Below are positions 30,191 to 38,883 of a stretch of DNA of 64,000 bases, in pieces. The stretch is taken from contig CAWGLD010000004.1 of assembly GCA_963823335.1 (NCBI GenBank), positions 96,001 through 160,000 of the forward strand, read 5' to 3'. Made by a program: the position numbers and the translations under genes. The notes under the pieces are model-generated. The model was not told the origin of the DNA and made no database searches. It was given only the letters and a program-made list of their open reading frames with translations. The stretch comes from an uncultured delta proteobacterium. Its GTDB lineage: Bacteria > Desulfobacterota > Desulfobacteria > Desulfobacterales > B30-G6. Position 1 is the first letter of the stretch. Each line of letters starts with the position of its first letter.

Positions 30191-31012
30191 ATGAACATCG
30201 AGCATCGAACGTCCAACATCGAATTTTGAATGGGAAAAGATGAAGAAATGGGCCAATGATCTTTAATAAAGTCCGCTTGACTATTCGTCGGTATTGTTTT
30301 TTTCTTTTCATTCGATGTTGGACGTTGAATGTTCGATGTTGGACGTTCATCTTTTAAATCTTTACTTTGGCATAAATGCAGTTTGTACTTGATATGCCAA
30401 TAGATACGATCGATTTTTTGTAAAACGTCATTGTTTTATCGCTTGGGAACCAATGAACGTCGAACATCGAACGCTCAACATCGAATTTTGAATGGGTATA
30501 AATGAAGAAACAGGTGTATGTTGAATGGGAAAAGATGAAGAAATGGGCCAATGATCTTTAATAAAGTCCGCTTGACTATTCGTCGGTATTGTTTTTTTCT
30601 TTTCATTCGATGTTCATCTTTTAAACCTTTTTTGATTCATCATTGGACGTTCGATGTTCGATGTTCGATGTTCATCTTTTAAATATTTACTACGGCATAA
30701 ATACTGTTTGTACTTGATATGCCAATAGATACGATGGATTTCTTGTAAAATGTTAATTGTTTTAAAGCCGGGGAACCAATGAACATCCAACATCGAACGT
30801 CCAACATCGAATTTTGAATTTAAAAGATGAAGAAACAAGTATATGATTTCCTGTCATTCCCGTGTGTTTGCTCCTTAGCAGGAATGGGACGAGAGTCCAG
30901 TGGACACTATATATGCACGGCTTACCCGAATTTTTTAAGAAGTTGCTAACTTCAGCATTAAATATTTCTTTTCATTCGACGTTGGATGTTCGATGTTGGA
31001 CGTTCATCTTTT
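30191..31012 (+). mobile_element. Tandem array of three deleted family A cassettes (A4 30191-30355, A5 30453-30680, A6 30779-31012) separated by a duplicated ~97 bp linker
   Basis: Three left arms and four right-arm ends; linkers 30356-30452 and 30681-30778 share GGCATAAAT..TTTGTACTTGATATGCCAATAGATACGAT..GGGAACCA. Confidence 0.85.
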
Positions 31013-31041
31013 AAAAAGTTCTGTAAAGGAATTTAATTAAA

Positions 31042-33219
31042 TTGAACATAAATACCATTCTGAAAAAATACAAAACTTCTGAAAGAAAAACACTCTCAGA
31101 ACACGAATCCAAACAGATACTGCAGGCCTATGGTATCCCTGTTGTCCGGGAGACCGTCGCTACAACAAAAGAAAACGCAGTGGCGGCAGCCCTGGAAATC
31201 GGCTTCCCCATCGTTTTGAAGGGACTGGGTGCCCGGTTGACCCACAAGACCGAGCGCGGTCTGGTGCATACGCACCTGAAAACCAAAACCGAGGTTCGAT
31301 CAGCCGCCGAGAACATACAGCAAAAGGCCGGGAGTGATCTGGAAGGCTTTCTTGTCCAGCCCCAGATCCAGGGGAAAAGGGAGTGGATCGCGGGTCTTTC
31401 CCATGACGATCAGTTCGGACCGGTCATCATGTTCGGTGCCGGCGGCATTTTAACCGAAGCCATCTCGGATGTGACCTTCCGCCTTGCGCCTTTGTCACCT
31501 GAGGACGCCCAGGCGATGATCCATGAAATCAAATCATCTGCCTTACTCGACAATTTCCGGGGCGAGGCAAAAATTGACAAAATACAGCTCGTTAAAGTTC
31601 TCACAGGTTTGAGTAAACTTGTCCAAGATCATCCTGAAATTGTCGAGGTGGATATCAACCCCCTCATCGCGACTCCCAGCGGGGATTTAATGGCCGTCGA
31701 TGCGCTGGTGGTTGTGGGTACCAAACACCAAACAGCCGCCTCACCTCCCAGCACCTTCCAACCGGAGTCTCTGATGCCCTTCTTTTATCCCAAATCCATT
31801 GCCTTTATCGGTGCCTCTGCCACCATGGGCAAGTGGGGCCACATGCTGGTGGCAAACACCAAAAGCGGCGGCTATGCGGGAAAGATATACCTTGTCAATC
31901 CAAAAGGGGGGAAAATTGTGGGCCAAGAGGCCTATCGATCCCTTTCCGATATTCACGACCCGGTCGACCTTGCCATCGTCACCATACCGGCCGAACATGT
32001 GATAAGCCTGATTCCGCAGCTACAGGCAAAAGGCATCCATCACATGCTTCTGATAACCTCAGGATTCTCCGAAACCGACAACGCCGGAAAAAAACGCGAA
32101 AAAGAACTGGTCGCATCGGCGCGGCAGGCCGGAATCCAGATACTGGGTCCCAACACCATGGGTATCTGCAATCCCCACGTGGCTCTCAACTGCACCAGCC
32201 TGCCCGTACAACCGAGACCGGGATCCACCGCTCTTGTATCCCAATCCGGGAACATGGGCACCCAGTTCCTGGCCTTTGCAGAACATCAGGGCATCGGTAT
32301 CCGTGGTTTTTGTGGGTCCGGCAATGAAGCCATGACCACCATCGAAGACTTTCTGGAAGTTTTTGAAGCGGATGAGCTCACAAAAACCGTCATGCTCTAT
32401 ATCGAAAGTGTCAAAAATGGCCGTCGCTTTTACGAGACCGCCAGGCGTCTGGGGAAAATAAAACCGATTATTCTGATGAAAGGCGGACAAACTCAAGCCG
32501 GCATCAAGGCGGCAGCCAGCCATACCGGAGCGTTGAGTACCGATGCCAGAATTTTCAATTCGGTTTGCAGGCAGGCAGGCATTGTCAAGGTGGAACAGTC
32601 CATGGATCTGCTCGATCTGGCTGCGGCCTTCTCTTCCCTGCCGCTGCCCAAAGGCAATCGTGCCGGTATCATGACCCTTGGGGGCGGCTGGGGTGTGGTC
32701 ACCGCCGATCTGTGTAACGAATACCATATAGACGTTCCAGACCTGTCCCCCGGTCTGATCGAGCAGATCGACAAGTGGCTGCCCCCTTTCTGGAGCCGAT
32801 CAAACCCCATCGATCTCGTTGGAGAACACAACGACACCCTGCCGCTGACAATTATCGAAGAACTCTTAAAATGGGACGGCTGTGATGCCGTTATCAATCT
32901 CGGTATCATGGGTCGCAAACATCTGGCCGGACTCTATGTCGATGCTGTCAAGCGTTCTGACCCCATGTACGAGCCCTCATTTTTAGACAGCATTAAAGAA
33001 ACACTAGCGGCATTTGAAAAAAGATATGTCGAAGAAATCGCCAGACTCATGGAGATCTACCAGAAACCCGTTATCGGCGTCTCCCTCTTGACAGATGCCC
33101 TGGATCGTACCACGTATTTGGTTGAAAACTGCCCATACAAAGGTGTTTTCTACACAACCCCGGAGCGCGCCGTTAAAACGCTGGCTAAAATGGTGCAATA
33201 CAGTAAGTATAAAACGTAG
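31042..33219 (+). CDS. ADP-forming acetate/acyl-CoA ligase, ATP-grasp domain N-terminal (beta-alpha fusion)
   Basis: LSEHESKQILQAYGIP, HKTERG and EVDINPL, then the CoA-binding part (IAFIGAS, GPNTMG, SQSG, AAASHTGAL, NPIDL). Confidence 0.88.
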   Translation: MNINTILKKYKTSERKTLSEHESKQILQAYGIPVVRETVATTKENAVAAALEIGFPIVLKGLGARLTHKTERGLVHTHLKTKTEVRSAAENIQQKAGSDLEGFLVQPQIQGKREWIAGLSHDDQFGPVIMFGAGGILTEAISDVTFRLAPLSPEDAQAMIHEIKSSALLDNFRGEAKIDKIQLVKVLTGLSKLVQDHPEIVEVDINPLIATPSGDLMAVDALVVVGTKHQTAASPPSTFQPESLMPFFYPKSIAFIGASATMGKWGHMLVANTKSGGYAGKIYLVNPKGGKIVGQEAYRSLSDIHDPVDLAIVTIPAEHVISLIPQLQAKGIHHMLLITSGFSETDNAGKKREKELVASARQAGIQILGPNTMGICNPHVALNCTSLPVQPRPGSTALVSQSGNMGTQFLAFAEHQGIGIRGFCGSGNEAMTTIEDFLEVFEADELTKTVMLYIESVKNGRRFYETARRLGKIKPIILMKGGQTQAGIKAAASHTGALSTDARIFNSVCRQAGIVKVEQSMDLLDLAAAFSSLPLPKGNRAGIMTLGGGWGVVTADLCNEYHIDVPDLSPGLIEQIDKWLPPFWSRSNPIDLVGEHNDTLPLTIIEELLKWDGCDAVINLGIMGRKHLAGLYVDAVKRSDPMYEPSFLDSIKETLAAFEKRYVEEIARLMEIYQKPVIGVSLLTDALDRTTYLVENCPYKGVFYTTPERAVKTLAKMVQYSKYKT

Positions 33220-33393
33220 GGTCCGAGGGTTCAAGGGTGATACAAGGGTTCGAGGGTAGCTGACGGCTATCGGCGGAGAGCAGCATCCCAGCCTCCGGGC
33301 GTTCCAGCATGCAAAGATGCAAGGACAAGCTATAAACCAGCGGCTATAGACTGTTAGCCGCCTACAGCCTAACAGTCTATCAGTCTAACAGCC
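33220..33393. repeat. Patchwork of short tandem-repeat arm fragments
   Basis: GGTCCGAGGGTTCAAGGG..GGGTTCGAGGG directly after the stop codon, then CAGCATCCCAGCCT..CCAGCAT and CCTACAGCCTAACAGTCTATCAGTCTAACAGCCT. Confidence 0.6.
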
Positions 33394-33471
33394 TCCCGTT
33401 AGGCAAAGCCTGTGGGATTAAATAGAGCGGCAAGACCGCGCTTCATAAAATTGCGGAGTGATTTTATTATT

Positions 33472-33639
33472 ATGTACAATAAATATCTCAAAACATTCGA
33501 CTTCGAAGTCGGTCATCTCATTAAAAGTCCCTGCAAGAACTGCAGGCATTATTATATCTTCCCTCGATGCATCGCTGAATGCACACTTCTGGATAAAATA
33601 CAGGATGTGTTGTCGACGGTGGTATCCAGTACACGATAA
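33472..33639 (+). CDS. Small Cys-rich hypothetical protein
   Basis: MYNKYLKTFDFEVGHLIKSPCKNC..FPRCIAEC..; CxxC and CxxxC motifs; GGAG upstream. Confidence 0.55.
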   Translation: MYNKYLKTFDFEVGHLIKSPCKNCRHYYIFPRCIAECTLLDKIQDVLSTVVSSTR

Positions 33640-33651
33640 ACAGGTTTAAAA

Positions 33652-33980
33652 ATGATGAACGTCGAACATCGAACGCTCAACATCGAATTTTGAATGGAGA
33701 GATGAAAAAACAGATGCGGGACTCGGGTTTAACTATTTCTTTTTATTCGACGTTGGACGTTGGATGTTCGATGTTGGACGTTCATCTTTAAGATCTTTTT
33801 AAACCCAAATCGGATACCTGCAAGAAAGCTTTATTCAATTGGCATAAATGATACTCCGATAGAAGTTTAAAAATGATGAACGTCGAACATCGAACGCTCA
33901 ACATCGAATTTTGAATGGAAAGATGAAAAAACAGATGCGGGACTCGGGTTTAACTATTTCTTTTTATTCGACGTTCATCT
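33652..33980 (+). mobile_element. Tandem pair of deleted family A cassettes (A7 33652-33789, A8 33873-33980)
   Basis: Near-identical left arms and interiors; the 83 bp linker also occurs at 43231-43427. Confidence 0.85.
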
Positions 33981-34061
33981 CAAGAAAACTTACTACAGCA
34001 AAAATCCTGGCTACTGCTCAGAGCTTACCCTCCGAACCTCCAACCCTACAAACCCCCGACC

Positions 34062-35444
34062 CTATCTCTTCCCCAATTTCGCCACCGTTTCAATATGATA
34101 TGTATGCGGAAACATATCCACCGGTTGTACTTCCAGCAAGTCATAGGATTCCCCTAAAAGGCCGACATCCCTTGCCAGCGAGGCCGGATTGCAGGAAACA
34201 TAGACAATCCTGGCCGGTGCCAGCCTGAGAACCTGTTGGATTACGTCCTTGTGCATACCGGCCCTGGGGGGGTCGATCACCACTACCTGTGGTTTTTCAG
34301 CGAGCTGGGGAAGTTTATCCTTGATGTCTCCCTGGACAAACCGACAATTGGATACATGGTTGATCCGACAATTTCTTTCGGCATCCCTCACTGCAGATTC
34401 GACCTGTTCAATACCGACAATCTGTTTTGCCGAATCCGCCAGATAAATGGCAATCGTGCCGGTGCCACTGTATAAATCAAGAACCGTTTCATGCCCCTGC
34501 AGTTCCGCATACTGCCTGGTCTTTTCATAGAGAGTTTGTGCACCCACGCTGTTTGTTTGAAAGAAGGAGTTCGCAGAGATAATATATTCGAAAGACCCGA
34601 TCCTTTCTTTGAAAAAAGGATCACCAGCCAGCAGGACTTCCGACTCTCCGATGGCCACGCTCGATTTCCGGCCGGTAATATTATTGATAACCGAGACGAC
34701 ATCGGAATATCGTTCCATCAGTTGGTGTGCCAGGGGTTTCAATACCCTGGTATTCTCGTAACTGGTGACGATGTTGACCATCCAGTGGCCATAGAAGGCT
34801 GAATTTCTGAGCATGACAAAACGCCAGAACCCCTCATGGCTTCTCAGTCCGTATGGCGGCAGTTCAGAACGCCTGATGGCCTGTCTGATAAATGCCAGAA
34901 TATCGTTCCCCAGGTTTGGATGCAGCAGACAGACTTCTGTATCGATCACTTTGTTAAACGTCCCCGGAACATGGAGCCCCAGAGCAAAGGTTCGATCCAG
35001 ATCATCTCTATCCATCTCGTTCGGCAGTACCCATCGCCTGTCCGAACACGAAAATTCCATTTTATTTCTGTACCCCAGCACTTGCTTAGATGGGATTGTC
35101 TTATGGACCAAAACCGTCTCGATCCGGCCTATGTGCGCCAGCGCTTCTGCCACATGCTGCCGTTTGTAGACAAGTTGTTTTTCATAATCCAGGAATTGCC
35201 ATTTGCAGCCACCGCAGTGACCACTGTAAGGACAGGCAGGATCGACTCTGTCCGGAGAAGGTGTCAACAGATCGATGATCCTTGCTTCAGCATAATTCTT
35301 CTTTTTACGGGTAATCTGGGCCAGAACCACATCACCGGGCACTGCCTTTTCCACAAACACGGCAAACCCATCCGGTTTTGCGAGTCCCCTTCCACCAAAC
35401 GCGATGTGGGATATTTCCAGGGTAATTTGCTGGCCTTTTTTCAT
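34062..35444 (-). CDS. rlmD: 23S rRNA (uracil-C5)-methyltransferase
   Basis: TRAM domain, CPYSGHCGGCKWQ, SFFQTN, DPPRAG, YVSCNP and DMFPHTYHIE; start MKKGQQ at 35444. Confidence 0.93.
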   Translation of the reverse strand: MKKGQQITLEISHIAFGGRGLAKPDGFAVFVEKAVPGDVVLAQITRKKKNYAEARIIDLLTPSPDRVDPACPYSGHCGGCKWQFLDYEKQLVYKRQHVAEALAHIGRIETVLVHKTIPSKQVLGYRNKMEFSCSDRRWVLPNEMDRDDLDRTFALGLHVPGTFNKVIDTEVCLLHPNLGNDILAFIRQAIRRSELPPYGLRSHEGFWRFVMLRNSAFYGHWMVNIVTSYENTRVLKPLAHQLMERYSDVVSVINNITGRKSSVAIGESEVLLAGDPFFKERIGSFEYIISANSFFQTNSVGAQTLYEKTRQYAELQGHETVLDLYSGTGTIAIYLADSAKQIVGIEQVESAVRDAERNCRINHVSNCRFVQGDIKDKLPQLAEKPQVVVIDPPRAGMHKDVIQQVLRLAPARIVYVSCNPASLARDVGLLGESYDLLEVQPVDMFPHTYHIETVAKLGKR

Positions 35445-35660
35445 AATTTTTTTCCAAATTTTTTTTTGGCGCGGCTTCGCTGCTTTAAGCCTTGCGCTAA
35501 AGCAAAAATTTCGTAATACCCTGCTTGTCCTGACGGAGCGCAATAAAAGTCCCGTTCAAGATCAAAGATCCCGATTTATGGGGCATTGCAGGGCATTACG
35601 AAAAGTTAGTCTTCTCAATATAAGCGACAAGGTCGCGTCAGATAAAATTGTGACACAAAT

Positions 35661-36224
35661 TTATTTATTGAGCAATTTGCTGACGGCCTGGCCTCGCCAC
35701 TTTCCTCTTCCCGAAGGTGTAGGAATATTATCCATATCCAGTTGGCGGGCGATTTTGTCATAGCTGAAGCCCTGTGCTCGCATATCCCTTATCATGTCTA
35801 ACGGTGTCGTTTCTACCAGGGCCGGGTCCTCATCCATGTTTTCCAAAACCGCAATGTTGGTTTGTCTTTCTGCCGTTTCATCCAGCAGGTCGGCAGGGTC
35901 GCTTTCTTCGCTTCCGGTTCCAGTCAGTTTTTTTAAATACAGGGCGATGGCTTCCATGGCTTTGGCCTTGCGCTTTTCGATTTCCAGAAAGTCTTTTTTG
36001 TCCGCAACCATCGTTTCAAGCAACGTCTTTACCGGTGGCAACAGTTTTGCTATGGTTACATACGCATTTTCCGCTATGTTGCCTTTGGTGTAATTGCCCC
36101 GTTTTCTTTTGTCCATACTGTTGTGCCTGTCACCGGGCCGATAAGGCATGTTGTCATTCCCTTTTCTGGTACGATCATAGCGCTTGTCTTTCCCGGTCCG
36201 AAGACTGTGGAGAAAGTCGTTCAT
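35661..36224 (-). CDS. Hypothetical protein with C-terminal recombinase-like DNA-binding motif
   Basis: GFSYDKIARQLD..IPTPSGRGKW..AVSKLL; no catalytic serine-recombinase domain. Confidence 0.55.
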   Translation of the reverse strand: MNDFLHSLRTGKDKRYDRTRKGNDNMPYRPGDRHNSMDKRKRGNYTKGNIAENAYVTIAKLLPPVKTLLETMVADKKDFLEIEKRKAKAMEAIALYLKKLTGTGSEESDPADLLDETAERQTNIAVLENMDEDPALVETTPLDMIRDMRAQGFSYDKIARQLDMDNIPTPSGRGKWRGQAVSKLLNK

Positions 36225-37487
36225 AAAATACCCCCATTTTTTGGTTCAAATACTTGGATAAAGACTCCAGTCAAATATCCCGACTTGCGGGAATTAGAAA
36301 CAATTACCACATGCGGATTGAATCACAATACTTTCATTTCGAAACAAGAACAGCACAAAACCGGCAACGTCTAACCTAAGTTGAGCGATTGTCAAAGCCT
36401 GCCCCGTCGAAGTACGGGGTTGCCGTAGCTACAAGGAAGATGCCGTTCCGCTAAAGTGAACGATGCGGTATGGTATCTGACGGCGTAAATAGCGGTAAGA
36501 TCGGCAATCCCTACGGGTTTCAAATTTTAAGAATTGAAATAAATCAAATCCTTTGAAATTATGTCTAACTCCCATCTTCTAAAAATTTGAACAGCTCATC
36601 TTAGGTCTAAGTAGAATCTCTATTGATGTGATCTGAATTGAAGACCTTCACAATAAACAGCAGAAGTTCTTCGACCGTAGGGAAGGATACCATTGTTGAC
36701 GCAGACCATCACATAGCGGAAACGCTTTGTCAACCAAAAATAAAATCGTTTCACGATTTTATATGACGCGACTGTCGTCGCTCTTAAACACACGTACAAT
36801 AGCAAAATGAACTAGGGATTTCCATTTATCGCGTCTTGTTTATTGGTGGCTGTCTGAACCGAAACAGCGAGTGCATTCCCCGTAACTTTCTGCGGGGAAT
36901 GTGCGATCTCTTCAAACCAGCGTTTATGATAGGAGACCGCATAGTCAGCAGGGACTTTTTCCCGTAAACATGGAAAGAAAAGCGGGCCTTTGCCCCTTGG
37001 CAATGCCTGCCATGTAAATGTGGACCAAGAGGCCGGCAAATACGACGCTCCCGCCCGTATTATAAATCCGGGATAACCGCCTTCATGCAAACCGCTGCAT
37101 CATCCTGGTTCCTGCCGTCATGCTGAGAATCTTTTTTAACAACCACTCGATATCGACCATAGCTGAAAAGGTCAGCATTTCTTTGATAAAAGGCAGGGTA
37201 GTACGTTTTAAGGGATAATCCTGAACAAACAATTGCCTTCCAAGCATGACCAGCAAACCAAGCCCGGTCATGCCGACAAGGGCCTTGAGCAGTGGTCCCA
37301 CTCCATTTCGCCACAATTGAATGGGCATTGGCGCTTCCGTCTTAACCGTCCAGTCCATCGGCCCTGTCTGGTGGATATAGTACAGTACCGGGTCCATGTC
37401 CGTCTCTTGATTGATCACACGAAGCATTTTTTAGGCTTTCAACAGTTTTGCCACACGACTGAGGGGGTCATTCAGGTTTCCGAATGT

Positions 37488-38489
37488 TTAGGATGCTTTC
37501 TCCCCTTCCTCCACTGCTGCATCTTCTTTTCCGGGCAATACCATCTCGTCAAAAGCATTAATCACCTGGTCCGCCTGCCATTTTGGAACAAGAAACGGAT
37601 CGTCGTTCTGTGAAGAGATGGCCGGAAATTCAGAGGCGTCTTTTTCGAGTGACTCGAATATTTGCAAGGTATATTCTTGGGCGCCTTTGAACGTGATCGT
37701 GGCGATGGGATCCGTGAAATCGGCTTTTTGCCTGTCGTAGACAAACGCACGACACTTCAACGAGGAAAAGTCGTCAATCAGTTTGGTAATCTTGTTCTCT
37801 TTTACAATTTCACCGGCAGCATTCCTCCAAACGGAATTGGCGGATTTCATCTCCGGTACGTCACCATCGGCCGGTGTTTCGCTGGCGACCGGCAAAGGTG
37901 GGGTCTTGGAAAAAATAGCCCGCACATCCATTTTCGATACCTGAACCTGTTCGATCTGACCTGTCTCAAAAGACATGACGGTTTTATCCCTGAACATGTC
38001 TGCATTCCCTTGTATCCTGTTTCGAAAACCCTCTTGGGCTTGATATACCCGATGATCACCGACCAGCTTTACAAAGGTGTGGCGGTGGCTCGAAGCAGCT
38101 TTACCCACGTCAAATTCCCGTACCAGTTTATCTCCTTCCCATGCCTTGACTGTGATCGCATGCTCCGGGTCCAGGTCATAGCGCCCATAATTTTTTGATT
38201 CGGATATCAAGGTCGTCAAGGTCAGGTTCGCAACCATATCGGTTACCCGTTTGATATTGGTTTCGTCACCAGGATAGGCCTCTTCATCGATCGTCCATCC
38301 CCCTGCTTTTCTGATAAAAACGATAGAACCTTCCGAAGAATCCAAGGTCAGTTTTGATATCTTTGAAGGCAAAATTGGTTTTAGATCCGGCAGTTCATAA
38401 AGACTGCGATCACTCTTGTTGAAAATCAGATACAGTGACAATACAGCAATAACGATACCGAGAATGATGGCTTCTTTTCGCATTTTCAT
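37488..38489 (-). CDS. DUF4340-type protein associated with Gld-like ABC system
   Basis: N-terminal TM, YDLDP..VGK..FVK and FRDK motifs; follows the GldG-like gene. The ORF-track N-terminal extension is repeat-derived. Confidence 0.7.
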   Translation of the reverse strand: MKMRKEAIILGIVIAVLSLYLIFNKSDRSLYELPDLKPILPSKISKLTLDSSEGSIVFIRKAGGWTIDEEAYPGDETNIKRVTDMVANLTLTTLISESKNYGRYDLDPEHAITVKAWEGDKLVREFDVGKAASSHRHTFVKLVGDHRVYQAQEGFRNRIQGNADMFRDKTVMSFETGQIEQVQVSKMDVRAIFSKTPPLPVASETPADGDVPEMKSANSVWRNAAGEIVKENKITKLIDDFSSLKCRAFVYDRQKADFTDPIATITFKGAQEYTLQIFESLEKDASEFPAISSQNDDPFLVPKWQADQVINAFDEMVLPGKEDAAVEEGEKAS

Positions 38490-38564
38490 TTCTAGATCTT
38501 CTCCACAGCGGTAATATTTTTTTAAATAAGGTTCTTCTCCCAATTGGGAGAAAGAGGATATTTT

Positions 38565-38825
38565 AAAAGATGAACGTCCAACTTCCAACATCGAACGTCC
38601 GGTGATGAGTCAACTACCACCCGTGAAACGGGTGGTTTGTTTTTGCCCCAAAATGGGGGAAAACAAAGGAGACGGCACGTCTCCGTAAGTTCAGGTTCGG
38701 AACCGCGTGCCAAGCACGCGGTTTGTAGAACAATCAAAAAAAATACTAACCCCCAGGTCTCACGCCTGTTTCTTCACCTTTTTCATTCAAAATTCGATGT
38801 TGGACGTTCGATGTTCGACGTTCAT
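38565..38825 (-). mobile_element. Family A cassette A9, interrupted by a 124 bp insert and flanked by family B ends
   Basis: Left arm 38825-38787 and right arm 38600-38565; B arm at 38857-38883 and B hairpin at 38535-38552. Confidence 0.8.
38609..38732. mobile_element. Miniature IS200/IS605-like element (two terminal hairpins, no gene)
   Basis: GTCAACTACCACCCGTGAAACGGGTGGT at one end and AACCGCGTGCCAAGCACGCGGTT at the other; no target duplication. Confidence 0.55.
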
Positions 38826-38883
38826 TTTTTTTACTATTCGAGGTTCGATGTTCATTCCCCGGACCCCTGGAACCCTCGAACCC

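Noticed and set aside
30191-31012. CRISPR array interpretation of the repeat cluster
   Set aside because: Repeats alternate in orientation, the intervening sequences are duplicated and uneven in length, and no cas genes are present.
35661-36224. Serine recombinase
   Set aside because: Only a DNA-binding-like tail is present, with no catalytic domain.
36374-36610. Possible further MITE fragments (TTGCCG..CGGCAA and TTTCAAATTTT..AAAATTTGAAA inverted pairs)
   Set aside because: Single occurrence in the window and ends cannot be defined.
36812-37427. Overlapping minus-strand ORFs, possibly a frameshifted gene
   Set aside because: No recognisable motif, so no product can be assigned.
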